This document shows, in pieces, positions 28,115-38,713 of a stretch of 64,000 nt of DNA. The DNA comes from an uncultured Flavobacteriaceae bacterium (GTDB lineage Bacteria; Bacteroidota; Bacteroidia; NS11-12g; UBA955). Location of the stretch: NCBI GenBank assembly GCA_964586595.1, contig CAZPHB010000001.1, positions 196,852-260,851 of the forward strand, read 5' to 3'. Numbering within the stretch: the stretch's first letter is position 1; each line of letters begins with the position of its first letter. The notes beneath the pieces were generated by a model. It saw nothing but the letters and a program-made list of their open reading frames with translations, had not been told where the DNA came from and made no database searches. Made by a program: the position numbers and the translations under genes.

Positions 28115-29419
28115 TCATCCAAGTGCTGCCTTATACACCTCAAGACAACGTTTCCGCGTAGCGGCAAAATCCACCATAGGCCGAGGATACGCCGGCGTTC
28201 CGTATTCAGGAACCCATTGCCGGATGTATTTACCCTGAGGATCAAAACGCTGTGTTTGCAAGGTTGGATTGAACACACGGAAATAAGGCGCAGCATCTAC
28301 CCCGCTGCCTGCAGCCCACTGCCAGCCTCCATTGTTCGAAGCCAATTCAAAATCCAATAGTTTCTCGGCAAAGTAATCTGCACCCCAGCGCCAGTCGATG
28401 AGCAGGTTTTTACAAAGAAAACTGGCCACAATCATGCGCACCCGGTTGTGCATGAATCCGGTGGCGTTCAGTTCGCGCATGCCAGCATCCACAATTGGAT
28501 AGCCCGTAGTTCCTGTGCACCAACGCCGGAATTGTTCTTCATTGTTGACCCATTCAATCCGGTCGTATGCCGGTTTAAAAGCGCCATGCAACACATGCGG
28601 GAAATGCCATAAAATCTGCATGTAAAACTCACGCCAGATGAGTTCATTCAGGTACGATTCACTCAGCGGCTGCGCCCTGCGTGCCAAATCACGCACACTG
28701 ATGGTTCCAAAGCGCAGGTGTACGCTCAGCCTGCTGGTTCCGTGCACTGAAGGAATGTCGCGGCGTTGCCCGTAATTCAGGATTAGATCGTCGCTTACGT
28801 TCTTATTGGGAAAGTTGGCAGTCGGCGCGATAAAACCGAGCTCTTGCAGCGTTGGCAATTGCTGACCCGGCCACTTCCACAAAGCTGATAGATGCGCTTC
28901 CGAAGGAAACGCCGGAATGCCTTCCTGCTGCAACCTCAACTTCCACTTTTTGCTGAACGGTGTGAACACGGTATATGGCAATCCGTCGTCTTTAACTACT
29001 TCATTCTGTTCGAAAATCACCTGATCTTTGAACGTGTAAAATGCTACACCCTGCTTGTTCAGCAATTCCTGAATGGCGGCATCTCTGTTTCGGGCATACG
29101 GTTCATAATCGCGGTTGGTATAAACGGCCTTGATGGAAAACCTGCTGCACAGCTCCTGCCATGCGTCTTCAGGTTTGTGATGCAGCACCAGCAAACCGCT
29201 GCCCAGGCTGCGAAAGTGTGCATCCAGTGCAGTCAGTTGCTCGTGGATGAAGGCAACCCTGGCGTCGCTTCGATCTTGCAAAGGTTCCAAAATGGAAGGG
29301 TCGAAGATGAAGATGGGCAAAACGGGCAAACCCGATTGCAGGGCTGCCGCCAGAGCGGCATTGTCGTTGTATCGCAAGTCGCGTCGGAACCAGAAAACCG
29401 CGAGGCTATTTTGGGGCAT
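28115..29419 (-). CDS. phr: Deoxyribodipyrimidine photolyase (class I CPD photolyase/cryptochrome family).
   Basis: LAVFWFRRDLRYNDNAAL…WREFY…NGGWQWAAGSGVDAAPYFRVFNP… are signature motifs. Confidence 0.9.
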   Translation of the reverse strand: MPQNSLAVFWFRRDLRYNDNAALAAALQSGLPVLPIFIFDPSILEPLQDRSDARVAFIHEQLTALDAHFRSLGSGLLVLHHKPEDAWQELCSRFSIKAVYTNRDYEPYARNRDAAIQELLNKQGVAFYTFKDQVIFEQNEVVKDDGLPYTVFTPFSKKWKLRLQQEGIPAFPSEAHLSALWKWPGQQLPTLQELGFIAPTANFPNKNVSDDLILNYGQRRDIPSVHGTSRLSVHLRFGTISVRDLARRAQPLSESYLNELIWREFYMQILWHFPHVLHGAFKPAYDRIEWVNNEEQFRRWCTGTTGYPIVDAGMRELNATGFMHNRVRMIVASFLCKNLLIDWRWGADYFAEKLLDFELASNNGGWQWAAGSGVDAAPYFRVFNPTLQTQRFDPQGKYIRQWVPEYGTPAYPRPMVDFAATRKRCLEVYKAALG

Positions 29420-30317
29420 AAATCTGTGCTAATGCTTCTGCTAAAGTGGGATACTTGAAAACAAAGCCCTGCTGTAAAAGTTTCTCAGGCACCACCTGCT
29501 GGTCGCTGAGCAACAAAGCCGACTGCTCGCCAAAAATCAGGCGCACCAAAAAAGGCGGAATGCCCGGATAAAGGCATTTTTTCCCTGCCGTGGCGGCCAG
29601 TGTTTTCAGAAACACATCCTGCGCACAAGAAGCCGGAGCAGCAGCATTGTAGATTCCGGGTGCCAGTTTGTCTTCTACCAGATCCGCATACATGCGCACC
29701 ATATCGTCAATATGCACCCAGCTGAGCTGTTGCTTTTTGAGCCCAAGCACGGGTAAAATCCCGAATTTCATGGAAGTTCGGAACGGATCCAGAAAGCCTC
29801 CGGATTTAGACAAAACCACAGAAGTGCGCAGCGCAGAAACCTTGCTGCCTATGGATCCGAACTGCTGCGCGGCTGCTTCCCATTGAACGCATACATCGCT
29901 TAAAAAATCAGTGCCGCTTTGGAATTGCTCGTTTAATGGCTGTCCGGTTCCGGATGGATATATGCCCACACCTGAGGCACTGATGAAATGTAAAATGTGC
30001 TGTTGTTTTTTAATTGCCAGTTGTAACAGCAATTGGGCGCCTTTTACCCGAGAATCCAGAATCTCTTTTTTATATGCTTTTGTCCAGCGACGGGCTGCAA
30101 TACCTGCGCCGGCAAGATGGATGATCACGGTTACACCGTCCAGACATTGTTCATCAATAATTCCATTCAGCGGATCCCAATAAAACCGATGTTCCTGATT
30201 TTTTTGTTTTTTATTTGCGGTCAGTACAGCACACAGATGGCCTTGTTCTTCAAGGTGGCGCTTTAATGCACTTCCAATAAGACCTGAAGCTCCTGTGATC
30301 AGTATTTTTTTTGTCAT
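29406..30317 (-). CDS. TIGR01777 (YfcH/SDR39U1) family NAD-dependent epimerase-like oxidoreductase. Start chosen at MTKKILITGASG; the track ORF extends to 30434.
   Basis: ILITGASGLIGSAL Rossmann motif; about 300 aa. Overlaps the photolyase start by 14 nt. Confidence 0.8.
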   Translation of the reverse strand: MTKKILITGASGLIGSALKRHLEEQGHLCAVLTANKKQKNQEHRFYWDPLNGIIDEQCLDGVTVIIHLAGAGIAARRWTKAYKKEILDSRVKGAQLLLQLAIKKQQHILHFISASGVGIYPSGTGQPLNEQFQSGTDFLSDVCVQWEAAAQQFGSIGSKVSALRTSVVLSKSGGFLDPFRTSMKFGILPVLGLKKQQLSWVHIDDMVRMYADLVEDKLAPGIYNAAAPASCAQDVFLKTLAATAGKKCLYPGIPPFLVRLIFGEQSALLLSDQQVVPEKLLQQGFVFKYPTLAEALAQIYAPK

Positions 30318-30330
30318 GGATGTAGCAAAG

Positions 30331-31284
30331 ATGGCGAATACCGAGGAGTTGGTATCAGAGGAACACAGAAAAGGAAAAGGATTTTTCCGAGATAAGTACT
30401 TCATCAAAGACATTGAAAACATCACGGGCATCAAAGCCTACACGCTGCGCATCTGGGAACAACGCTATGGCCTGCTGAAACCCAAACGCACCGAAACCAA
30501 CATCAGGTATTATGAAGAAGACGACCTGAAGTACATGTTGAACGTGGCCATTCTGACCAGCAACGGGATTAAGATTAAAACCATTGCGCAGATGACCCGT
30601 GAAGAGGTGCAGAAGCGCACCTTGGAAATTCACGAGAACCACACCCAATATGAAGGCCAAATCCAGGCGCTGGTAGCCACGATGATGTCTTTCGACGAGC
30701 GGGAGTTCAACAAAACCCTGGCGGTCAACGTACTTAAAATTGGCATGGAAGAAACCATGAGTCGGATCATTTTCCCATTCATGGAACACATTGGGCTTTT
30801 GTGGCTGGGCGGCAGCATCCATCCGGCCCACGAACACTTCATCACCAACCTGATCAGGCAGCGTTTGTATGTGGCCATCGATCAATTGAATCAGGTTCCT
30901 GCACCCGGCGCCCGGCGCTACCTGCTTTTTGTTCCGGCCGGCGAACCGCATGACCTGAGCCTCCTTTTTGCCAACTACATCCTGCGCGCCCGTTCACAAA
31001 GCGTTATTTATCTGGGCACTTCCACTCCGCTGGAAGACCTGAACAGCATATTCTCCATGCATGTTCCAGACTTTATTTTCTGCACCCTTACCGCCGCAAA
31101 CACCAATCTGCCCACACAGATTTTCATCAATGCCATGAGCAAAAGCTGGCCACATACCAAAATACTGCTTACAGGCATGCAGGTGGTGAAACGCAAGGAT
31201 TTGCATTTCCCCTCTAACGTGCTGGTGATGAACAACCCGGCAGAGTTTGTTTCTTTTATTGAACAGGAATCCCAGAAGGCTTAA
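30331..31284 (+). CDS. MerR-family transcriptional regulator with a C-terminal cobalamin (B12)-binding domain (CarH/LitR-like light-responsive regulator). The start could also be 30316.
   Basis: MerR HTH IKDIENITGIKAYTLRIWEQRYGLLKPKRTETNIRYY, followed by a helical-bundle and Rossmann-like B12-binding domain (…LFVPAGEPHDLSLLFANYIL…). It is divergent from the epimerase–photolyase operon. Confidence 0.72.
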   Translation: MANTEELVSEEHRKGKGFFRDKYFIKDIENITGIKAYTLRIWEQRYGLLKPKRTETNIRYYEEDDLKYMLNVAILTSNGIKIKTIAQMTREEVQKRTLEIHENHTQYEGQIQALVATMMSFDEREFNKTLAVNVLKIGMEETMSRIIFPFMEHIGLLWLGGSIHPAHEHFITNLIRQRLYVAIDQLNQVPAPGARRYLLFVPAGEPHDLSLLFANYILRARSQSVIYLGTSTPLEDLNSIFSMHVPDFIFCTLTAANTNLPTQIFINAMSKSWPHTKILLTGMQVVKRKDLHFPSNVLVMNNPAEFVSFIEQESQKA

Positions 31285-31329
31285 AAAAAGTCGTGTGGCT
31301 GTCGCAGCGATTGTCAGATCTTTACCGCT

Positions 31330-32910
31330 GTGAAGGAGCAGCAGCTGTTAACGCTTCAGTCATGGAGCATTGCTTCAGAAGAGCGCATCCTGGTGCAGCC
31401 GATCAGCCTGTCGGTTTCCCGTGGTGCCATTGTGGGTATTGCCGGTGAATCCGGTTCCGGCAAAACCCTGTCCCTGCTTTCACTGGCCGGCCTGTTGCCC
31501 AAGAACCTGAAGGCCTCCGGCCAGATGCACTTTTCCGGCAACAGCGAAACCAGCCTGTGGACAGGTACTGAATCAGGTGATCGCTGGCGGAAATTCCGAA
31601 GGAAGCGCATCGGCTTCATTTTTCAGGAACCTATGAGCGCGCTGAATCCAACCATGCGCTGCGGCGCGCAACTGCTGGAATGTATGGATGAACCGAGTCG
31701 GCAGCGCCGCCAGGAACGGGCCCTGGAGCTGCTTCATGAAACCGGACTTCCGGATCCAAAACGCATCATGAAGGCTTACCCGCATGAAATCAGCGGTGGA
31801 CAACGCCAACGCCTGATGATTGCCATGGCCCTGGCCAACAATCCCGAATTGCTGCTGGCCGATGAACCCACCACCGCGCTGGATGCAGCGCTGAAGCATC
31901 AGGTTTGTGCTTTAATGACCAACCTGTGCCGAACCCGCGGTGTTTCACTCCTGCTGGTTTCTCACGACCTGGAACTGCTGGGGGCCTATTCCGATCAGCT
32001 GCTGGTGATGCAGCACGGCCAAGTGGTGGAACAAGGCCATGCCGCCGACATGCTCCGCCAACCGAAACACGAATACACCAAAATGCTGTTGGATTGCCGA
32101 CCCACCTTGGAGAAAAGGCAACAAACGCTGCCGGTGCCCAACGAAGAACCGCAGGCACGTGAGGAGTTTCAACCCAACACTTCACCCGTTCAACTTCATA
32201 TTCAGGTAAGGCAAAAGCAATTCAGAAATACATCCCGCCCGGTGCTGCACGATGTTCAGTTCGACCTGCACCGCGGCGAAACCATCTGCGTTCTGGGCCA
32301 GTCGGGCAGCGGGAAATCAACCCTGGCCAGAATCATCTGCGGGCTGGACAAGGATTACCAGGGGAACATCCGTCCGGCAGCGCAGGACAAGCTTCCACAG
32401 GGCGTGGTTCAACTGGTTTTTCAGGATCCTTTTGCGGCACTCAATCCACATCAGAATGTGCTGGAAACCCTGGAAGAAGCGCTGAAATATGGCGGAAGGC
32501 AACCACACAAAAACAGCAGAATCCGGGAAGCAGCCGAGCAGCTCCTGCGCGACGTGCGCCTTCCGGAACACACCTGGAATGCGTATCCGCATGAGTTGAG
32601 CGGCGGACAATGCCAACGGGTTTGTGTTGCCAGAGCGCTGTGCGCCCATCCGGAAGTCATCATCCTTGACGAATCCGTTTCTGCCCTGGATCCCAGTGTG
32701 CAGGCCTCCGTGCTGAACCTGCTGGCCCGCCTTCAATCTGAAAAACAACTCAGCTACCTGTTCATCACCCACGACCTGGATGTGGCGGCCTGGATCAGCC
32801 ACCGTCTGTTGGTGCTGCATGAAGGCAAAACCGATGCCTTCGGACCAACCGTTGGGCTGTTTCAAAACCCGCCAACGGATTACACAAAATTCCTGTTCAG
32901 CTTCCGCTGA
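31330..32910 (+). CDS. ABC transporter ATP-binding protein with two tandem ABC ATPase domains (YejF/DppDF-like duplicated ATPase). GTG start.
   Basis: Two Walker A motifs ([17 protein letters not shown]), two LSGGQ signatures ([16 protein letters not shown]) and two Walker B/D-loops. Confidence 0.85.
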   Translation: MKEQQLLTLQSWSIASEERILVQPISLSVSRGAIVGIAGESGSGKTLSLLSLAGLLPKNLKASGQMHFSGNSETSLWTGTESGDRWRKFRRKRIGFIFQEPMSALNPTMRCGAQLLECMDEPSRQRRQERALELLHETGLPDPKRIMKAYPHEISGGQRQRLMIAMALANNPELLLADEPTTALDAALKHQVCALMTNLCRTRGVSLLLVSHDLELLGAYSDQLLVMQHGQVVEQGHAADMLRQPKHEYTKMLLDCRPTLEKRQQTLPVPNEEPQAREEFQPNTSPVQLHIQVRQKQFRNTSRPVLHDVQFDLHRGETICVLGQSGSGKSTLARIICGLDKDYQGNIRPAAQDKLPQGVVQLVFQDPFAALNPHQNVLETLEEALKYGGRQPHKNSRIREAAEQLLRDVRLPEHTWNAYPHELSGGQCQRVCVARALCAHPEVIILDESVSALDPSVQASVLNLLARLQSEKQLSYLFITHDLDVAAWISHRLLVLHEGKTDAFGPTVGLFQNPPTDYTKFLFSFR

Positions 32911-32916
32911 GCCGAC

Positions 32917-33477
32917 TCAGAACAGGTTGGCGCGGAAAATCTTCACGGCTATGGCCAGCAAGATGACGCCGAAAAACTTGCGCATCACTTCCAGTCCACT
33001 GCGACCCAGGTTTTTCTGGATGTAGCGCGTGCTTCCCACCACCACAAAAATAACCAGCAGGTTGAGCACTATTCCGGTGCTGATCACCAGGTTGGAATAG
33101 GTGCTTTTCAATGACATGATGGTGGTTAAGGTTCCGGATCCGGCGATGATGGGAAACGCCACAGGAACGATGTTGCCGGTATTCAGATCCGGATCGTGTT
33201 TGAACACATGGATGCCCAGCACCATTTCCAGTCCGAGGATGAACATCACGATGCTGCCCGCGATGGCAAACGACTGCACATCCACACCGAGGTAGCGCAG
33301 GAACGGTTCACCGGCAAAAAGAAATCCCAGCATGAGGATGGCTGAGGCCATAGTGACCTTCAGCGCGTGGATGCCGGGAATTTTCTCTTTGAGCGTAACG
33401 ATGAGCGGCACCGCTCCAATCATGTCGATCACCGCAAACAGGGTAAAACTCACGGTCAGCACTTCATGCAATTTCAT
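32917..33477 (-). CDS. MarC family (UPF0056) integral membrane protein. Start at MKLHEVL; the longer track ORF is an upstream in-frame extension.
   Basis: About 186 aa with 6 TM helices, …NIVPVAFPIIAGSGTLTTIM… typical of MarC/YhgN. Confidence 0.75.
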   Translation of the reverse strand: MKLHEVLTVSFTLFAVIDMIGAVPLIVTLKEKIPGIHALKVTMASAILMLGFLFAGEPFLRYLGVDVQSFAIAGSIVMFILGLEMVLGIHVFKHDPDLNTGNIVPVAFPIIAGSGTLTTIMSLKSTYSNLVISTGIVLNLLVIFVVVGSTRYIQKNLGRSGLEVMRKFFGVILLAIAVKIFRANLF

Positions 33478-33597
33478 GGGGCAAAGGTATCGGCAAGGTG
33501 AAGGATTTATTGGAACAATAGGAAAATGCATCCCAAAAGGCAAAGTAGTTGATGTGCCTCGCCCTATTTTCCCACCAACAACATCCACTTCGGCAAA

Positions 33598-36486
33598 ATG
33601 GGCGTAATTTCGCGCGCCCCGCTGACCATGCCTGAAGTTCCAGAAGATACCGGTTCCATTGATGTGTTTGGTGCCCGTGAGCACAACCTCAAGGCGCTGG
33701 ACCTCAGCATCCCCAGAAACAAACTCATCGTTTTTACCGGCGTAAGCGGCAGCGGCAAGTCCAGCCTGGCCTTCGACACCATTTTCGCCGAAGGTCAACG
33801 CCGCTATCTGGACAGTTTCTCAGCCTATGCCCGGCAGTTCATTGGCGACATGAAGCGGCCGGACGTGGACAAAATTCATGGACTGAGTCCGGTGATCAGC
33901 ATCGAACAAAAAACCGTGAGCCGCAACCCGCGCAGTACGGTGGGCACCATCACCGAAGTATATGACTTCCTGCGCCTGCTGTTTGCCCGTGCCGGCGATG
34001 CATACAGCTACGAAACCGGGGAACGAATGGTGCGCTTCACCGAAGGCCAGATCATCGAAGCCATCGAACAGCGCTATTTCGGGAAAAAGATTGCCATCCT
34101 GGCGCCTTTGGTGAAAGGCCGGAAAGGACATTATCGGGAACTGTTTGAATTGTACCACAAACGCGGCTTTCAGCGCATGCGCGTAGATGGCGTGATGGTG
34201 GAAATTCAACCGGGCATGCAGTTGGATCGCTACAAAATCCACGACATTGAACTGGTGATTGACCGCATGGATGCCGGCGCTACCGCAGCGGCAAGAATGG
34301 CAGACTCCGTGCGCACAGCCCTGAAAATGGGCAAAGGAACCATGATGGTGCTCGACACCAGCGACCAAAGCCGGCAGTTGTTCAGCAAATTCCTCATGGA
34401 TCCGATAAGCGGTCTGAGCTACGACGAGCCCAACCCCAACTCGTTCTCCTTCAACTCGCCATACGGCGCCTGTCCTACCTGTGAAGGATTGGGTGAAATA
34501 TCCGTAGTTTCTGAGGAATTAATCGTTCCCGACCCATCAAAAAGCATCAACCGAGGCGGCATTTTGCCCTTGGGAGAAATCAAAGAAAACTGGACCTTCA
34601 CCCAGTTACGCGCCATGGCCCGACATTATAAATTCAGCCTTGCCGACCCTATTGGCAGCCTGACACTTGAGGTCCGGAAGATGATTCTTCATGGTACTGA
34701 AGAAGGCTTCCCGCTGGAACAAGTAAATGAGCGCGGAAAGAAAACAAAGGTCCAAACCAATTTCAAAGGTGTGGTACATTTTGTTCAGGAACAGTTTTTT
34801 GAAAGCGATGATGAAGAGATGCGCAACTGGGCCGAACAGTTCATGCTCAATACGCATTGTCCGGATTGTGAAGGCAGCCGACTGAAAAAGGAAGCCCGTT
34901 TTTACAAAATAGCCGGCAAGAACATCGCCGACCTGGCTTCCATGAACATCGGCGCACTGCTGCAGTGGCTGGAATCCGTACCCGAGGAGCTCAGCGAACG
35001 CCAAAAAATCATCGCTACCGACCTGCTGAAGGAAATCCATGCCCGCGTATCGTTTCTGCAGGGCGTGGGCCTCTCCTACCTCAACCTGAACAGTCCGGCG
35101 CGCACCCTCAGCGGCGGAGAAGCCCAGCGCATCCGTTTGGCTACCCAAATCGGATCCAGGCTCACCAATGTATTGTATATCCTCGATGAACCCAGCATTG
35201 GCTTACATCAGCGCGACAACGAGAAACTCATTTCGAGTTTGAAGGAACTGCGCGATCTGGGCAATACCGTTTTGGTGGTAGAACACGACCGCGACATGAT
35301 GCTGGAAAGCGACCATCTGGTGGAAATCGGACCTGGTGCCGGTGTGCATGGCGGGCGCATCGTGGCGCAGGGCGACCTGAACACCTTTGCTTCCTTCGAA
35401 ACCACCACGGCAAAATTTCTGTCGGGAACCCTGGAAATTGCTGTTCCCGAGCAACGCCGCAAAATCGGCAAAGAGTATATTGAGCTGCAGGGCTGTTCCG
35501 GCAACAACCTGAAAAACGTAACGGTGCGCTTCCCGCTGGGCTGTTTCATCTGCGTTACCGGAGTGAGCGGAAGCGGAAAGTCCACACTCATCAACGAAAC
35601 CTTGTTTCCGCTGCTTTCCAACCATATTTACGGAACACATTACAAAAACCTCGGCCTGAAAGCGGCAAAAAACGTAGAACTGGTTGACAAAGTGATCCGC
35701 ATTGATCAGTCGCCCATCGGGCGCACACCGCGAAGCAATCCTGCCACTTATGTGGGCGTGTTTACAGAAATCAGAAACCTGTTTGCCAACCTTCCGGAGG
35801 CAAAAATACGTGGCTATAAGCCCGGACGGTTCTCCTTCAACGTGAAGGGTGGCCGCTGTGAGACCTGCGGCGGTGCAGGCAGAAAAGTCATCGAAATGAA
35901 CTTCCTGCCGGATGTGGAAGTTCCCTGCGACACCTGTCACGGGCGTCGTTACAACCGGGAAACGCTGGAAGTTCGTTACAAGGGAAAAAGCATCACCGAC
36001 GTGCTGGAAATGAGCGTGGAACAGGCTGTGACGTTCTTTGAACACATCCCGCTCATCCGCCGGAAAATCATCACCATGCAGCAGGTTGGCCTGGGGTACA
36101 TCACCCTTGGACAAAGCAGCACCACGCTGAGTGGCGGAGAAGCGCAGCGGGTGAAGCTGGCAACTGAACTCAGCAAACGCGATACGGGCAAAACCTTTTA
36201 CATCCTTGATGAACCAACCACCGGTTTGCATTTCGACGACATCCGGCTGCTGCTGGAAGTGCTGCAGGAACTGGTAAACCGCGGCAATACTGTTTTGGTG
36301 GTAGAACACAACATGGACGTGATCAAGGTGGCCGACCATGTGATTGACCTTGGGCCGGAAGGCGGTTCGGGCGGTGGCACCATCTTGGTAAGCGGCACCC
36401 CTGAACAGGTGGCTGCGCATAAAAACAGCCATACCGGTCGCTTCCTGATCAAAGAACTAAAGTCCGTTTCCAGGAAAAAATCGTAA
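33598..36486 (+). CDS. uvrA: Excinuclease ABC subunit A. The start may be M11 at 33628.
   Basis: IDVFGAREHNLK…LIVFTGVSGSGKSSLAFDTIFAEGQRRYL…, two ABC modules, zinc-finger Cys clusters (CPTCEG, CETCGG…CDTCHG); 962 aa. Confidence 0.95.
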   Translation: MGVISRAPLTMPEVPEDTGSIDVFGAREHNLKALDLSIPRNKLIVFTGVSGSGKSSLAFDTIFAEGQRRYLDSFSAYARQFIGDMKRPDVDKIHGLSPVISIEQKTVSRNPRSTVGTITEVYDFLRLLFARAGDAYSYETGERMVRFTEGQIIEAIEQRYFGKKIAILAPLVKGRKGHYRELFELYHKRGFQRMRVDGVMVEIQPGMQLDRYKIHDIELVIDRMDAGATAAARMADSVRTALKMGKGTMMVLDTSDQSRQLFSKFLMDPISGLSYDEPNPNSFSFNSPYGACPTCEGLGEISVVSEELIVPDPSKSINRGGILPLGEIKENWTFTQLRAMARHYKFSLADPIGSLTLEVRKMILHGTEEGFPLEQVNERGKKTKVQTNFKGVVHFVQEQFFESDDEEMRNWAEQFMLNTHCPDCEGSRLKKEARFYKIAGKNIADLASMNIGALLQWLESVPEELSERQKIIATDLLKEIHARVSFLQGVGLSYLNLNSPARTLSGGEAQRIRLATQIGSRLTNVLYILDEPSIGLHQRDNEKLISSLKELRDLGNTVLVVEHDRDMMLESDHLVEIGPGAGVHGGRIVAQGDLNTFASFETTTAKFLSGTLEIAVPEQRRKIGKEYIELQGCSGNNLKNVTVRFPLGCFICVTGVSGSGKSTLINETLFPLLSNHIYGTHYKNLGLKAAKNVELVDKVIRIDQSPIGRTPRSNPATYVGVFTEIRNLFANLPEAKIRGYKPGRFSFNVKGGRCETCGGAGRKVIEMNFLPDVEVPCDTCHGRRYNRETLEVRYKGKSITDVLEMSVEQAVTFFEHIPLIRRKIITMQQVGLGYITLGQSSTTLSGGEAQRVKLATELSKRDTGKTFYILDEPTTGLHFDDIRLLLEVLQELVNRGNTVLVVEHNMDVIKVADHVIDLGPEGGSGGGTILVSGTPEQVAAHKNSHTGRFLIKELKSVSRKKS

Positions 36487-36492
36487 TCCGTT

Positions 36493-37638
36493 TCAGCCCC
36501 AGGCTCGGGCCTGTTCCATCACCTGAATCAAGCGGGCCGCATTATTGCTGTTGTTGAACTGCTGTTGCAGCACTTGCCTGCGCAAAGCAATATCGGCTTC
36601 AGTAAAGGGCTGTTTCATGAGTTCGGTAATCATGGATCTAAGTACCTGCGGGTCGTCGCTGACGCGGCATAAAGATTCCAGACCCGTATGGTGCACCATC
36701 ACATGATTGGCTACGCAGTGTCTTCCGCGGTTCAGGGCATTAATGAGTTTTAATTTGATGCCTGTTCCCTGAAAAGTACACAGCACATTCACCTGCGCAG
36801 CACCAATGAGCCGCAATACTTCCTCAGAATCCAATTGTTCTTCCAGGCTGATGTTTGAATGTCGGGCAACGGCCTGTTTCAATTGGGCAGAAGGATGATT
36901 GCCTGCAATGACACATGGAACCTCGAGTTTGCTGAATACTTCATTCACCAGAAACAAAGCTCCCTGATTGTTTTCTGCAACGGCCAGATTCCCGTGATAC
37001 AGCACAAAAGTCCCGGTTCCGGTGGCAATATCCACCTGTTCATTGGGATGAAAAGCCGGTATGTATTCCGTATGCCCGTATAATCGGGAGAAATATCCGG
37101 TATCGTCCGGTGAAATGGCTGCAATCAGACTGGCCTTTTTCAGAATCGGCTCGAACTGTCGCAGGCGTTCCGCTTCCACCCGGAAGAAGTACTTCTTAAA
37201 AAAATTCGTTTCGGCAGCCTCCAGATTCGCGTAGTAATCGTGCTCGATGTTGTGGGTGCGCACCACTTTGTAGCGGTTTGCCAGTGCCGGGTGGTTCAGC
37301 CAATAGCAGGAATGCAGGCCTTCAAATAAAATGGGCGCCTCTGTTTCGATCAGCTGTTCCAAAAGTTCAGTACTGTCGCGGCTTCCGCTGATGTACGGAA
37401 TATCGCCATAAAAAGGGTTTTTAAACGTGCGCCGCTTGTACAGGTGTACCTTATGGCAGATTTGGTTCAGGGCAGCAACCTTCCCGCGCTTTCCGTATTC
37501 GAAGGCGTGCAGGATGACGGAAATACCGCAGCGCTGTAGTGCTTTTATCTTGTAGAAAATATCGATAACACCTCCATAGTCGGCTGGTTCGGGAATGTCA
37601 AAAGCTACCAGGTGGAGGAGTCGTTCAGAGTTGGGCAT
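36493..37638 (-). CDS. Glycosyltransferase, GT-B fold (family 1/4-like).
   Basis: About 381 aa with a C-terminal GT1 region; overlaps the upstream GT4 gene by 14 nt. Confidence 0.7.
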   Translation of the reverse strand: MPNSERLLHLVAFDIPEPADYGGVIDIFYKIKALQRCGISVILHAFEYGKRGKVAALNQICHKVHLYKRRTFKNPFYGDIPYISGSRDSTELLEQLIETEAPILFEGLHSCYWLNHPALANRYKVVRTHNIEHDYYANLEAAETNFFKKYFFRVEAERLRQFEPILKKASLIAAISPDDTGYFSRLYGHTEYIPAFHPNEQVDIATGTGTFVLYHGNLAVAENNQGALFLVNEVFSKLEVPCVIAGNHPSAQLKQAVARHSNISLEEQLDSEEVLRLIGAAQVNVLCTFQGTGIKLKLINALNRGRHCVANHVMVHHTGLESLCRVSDDPQVLRSMITELMKQPFTEADIALRRQVLQQQFNNSNNAARLIQVMEQARAWG

Positions 37639-38713
37639 AAATATCGATGAGCTGTTCGGCTTCGCGCTGCCAATTTAGGGTTTTCGCTGCTTCCAGGCAG
37701 TTTTGTTCCAGGCGCGCATATAATTCCGGATCTTCCTGCAGACGCTTTACGGCAGCAACCAGCTGATCCGCATCTGCATCCACGGCAAGTCCAACTTCCC
37801 ATTGTTGCATCAAACTCAGGTACTCCGGAAAAGCATTGATCAATGAAGGCAACCCGGCGTGGATGTAATCGAAAAACTTATTGTTCAGGGAGTAGTAATA
37901 GCTCAGCCCTTGATTTTCGCTAACATTCAGTCCGAGCCATGCTTTACAGGTTTGGTATTTCAGCTGATCGGGTGCAATCCAGCCGGCAAAATGCACTTTG
38001 TGTTCCAGGCCTTCTTCCCGAACCATGCGGCGCAATGGTTGCGATAAATCACCTTCACCCACCAGTACCAGTCGGATGTCTAAATGATGCAATGCCCGGA
38101 TCATGGCTTCAATACCTCGGCCCTGATTAAGCGCGCCCTGATACAGGATAAATGGCGGCGATTCCGGCTGATGCGGCGGATGCATTGCATCCAAAGGAGG
38201 TGCGTTCATCACCACGCGGAAAGGCACGCCACTCAATTTTGTATAGTGTTCGGCGATGGCGCCACAAACGGTGTAGGCAGCGTCAGCGCTGGGGATTAAC
38301 CTGCGTTCTACCCATTCCCAAACACGCTGCACCCGCGGCCTGACAACCACTTCCGGAACCTGACTGAACCACTCATGGGCATCGAACACCAGTTTGATGG
38401 GTTTCAGCTTCCGCAGCATCCAACCGGCGGGAAGTGTGTCCGCATCCACTGTTCCCAGGATGTCAAAGCGCTTAAAGCAGAGAAACAGCAACAGCCTCAG
38501 GTTGTATTCCAGATAAAAGAGCTTTCCCTTATGAAACCGGCAACGCAGCCGGCGTGTGCGGTAGGCGCGCTGCGGAAGCGCCCGGCTTTCCGGCAACAAG
38601 CGCCCAATGAGCGTAACCTCGTGGCCGGCTTCTGCCAGGGTGCTGCAAATCCGCTCCATCCTGCGGTCTGTATGCAGGTCGTTGATTACCGTAAAGATGA
38701 TCCGCTTTCCCAT
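37625..38713 (-). CDS. Glycosyltransferase family 4.
   Basis: …FILYQGALNQGRGIEAMIRAL…HKVHFAGWIAPDQL…, a GT4 C-terminal domain pattern; overlaps the recQ 3' end by 28 nt. Confidence 0.75.
   Translation of the reverse strand: MGKRIIFTVINDLHTDRRMERICSTLAEAGHEVTLIGRLLPESRALPQRAYRTRRLRCRFHKGKLFYLEYNLRLLLFLCFKRFDILGTVDADTLPAGWMLRKLKPIKLVFDAHEWFSQVPEVVVRPRVQRVWEWVERRLIPSADAAYTVCGAIAEHYTKLSGVPFRVVMNAPPLDAMHPPHQPESPPFILYQGALNQGRGIEAMIRALHHLDIRLVLVGEGDLSQPLRRMVREEGLEHKVHFAGWIAPDQLKYQTCKAWLGLNVSENQGLSYYYSLNNKFFDYIHAGLPSLINAFPEYLSLMQQWEVGLAVDADADQLVAAVKRLQEDPELYARLEQNCLEAAKTLNWQREAEQLIDIYAQL

Noticed and set aside
35203-36432. 409-aa minus-strand ORF inside uvrA
   Set aside because: It lies entirely antisense to uvrA, which has unmistakable motifs. 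Its composition is that of a typical shadow ORF.
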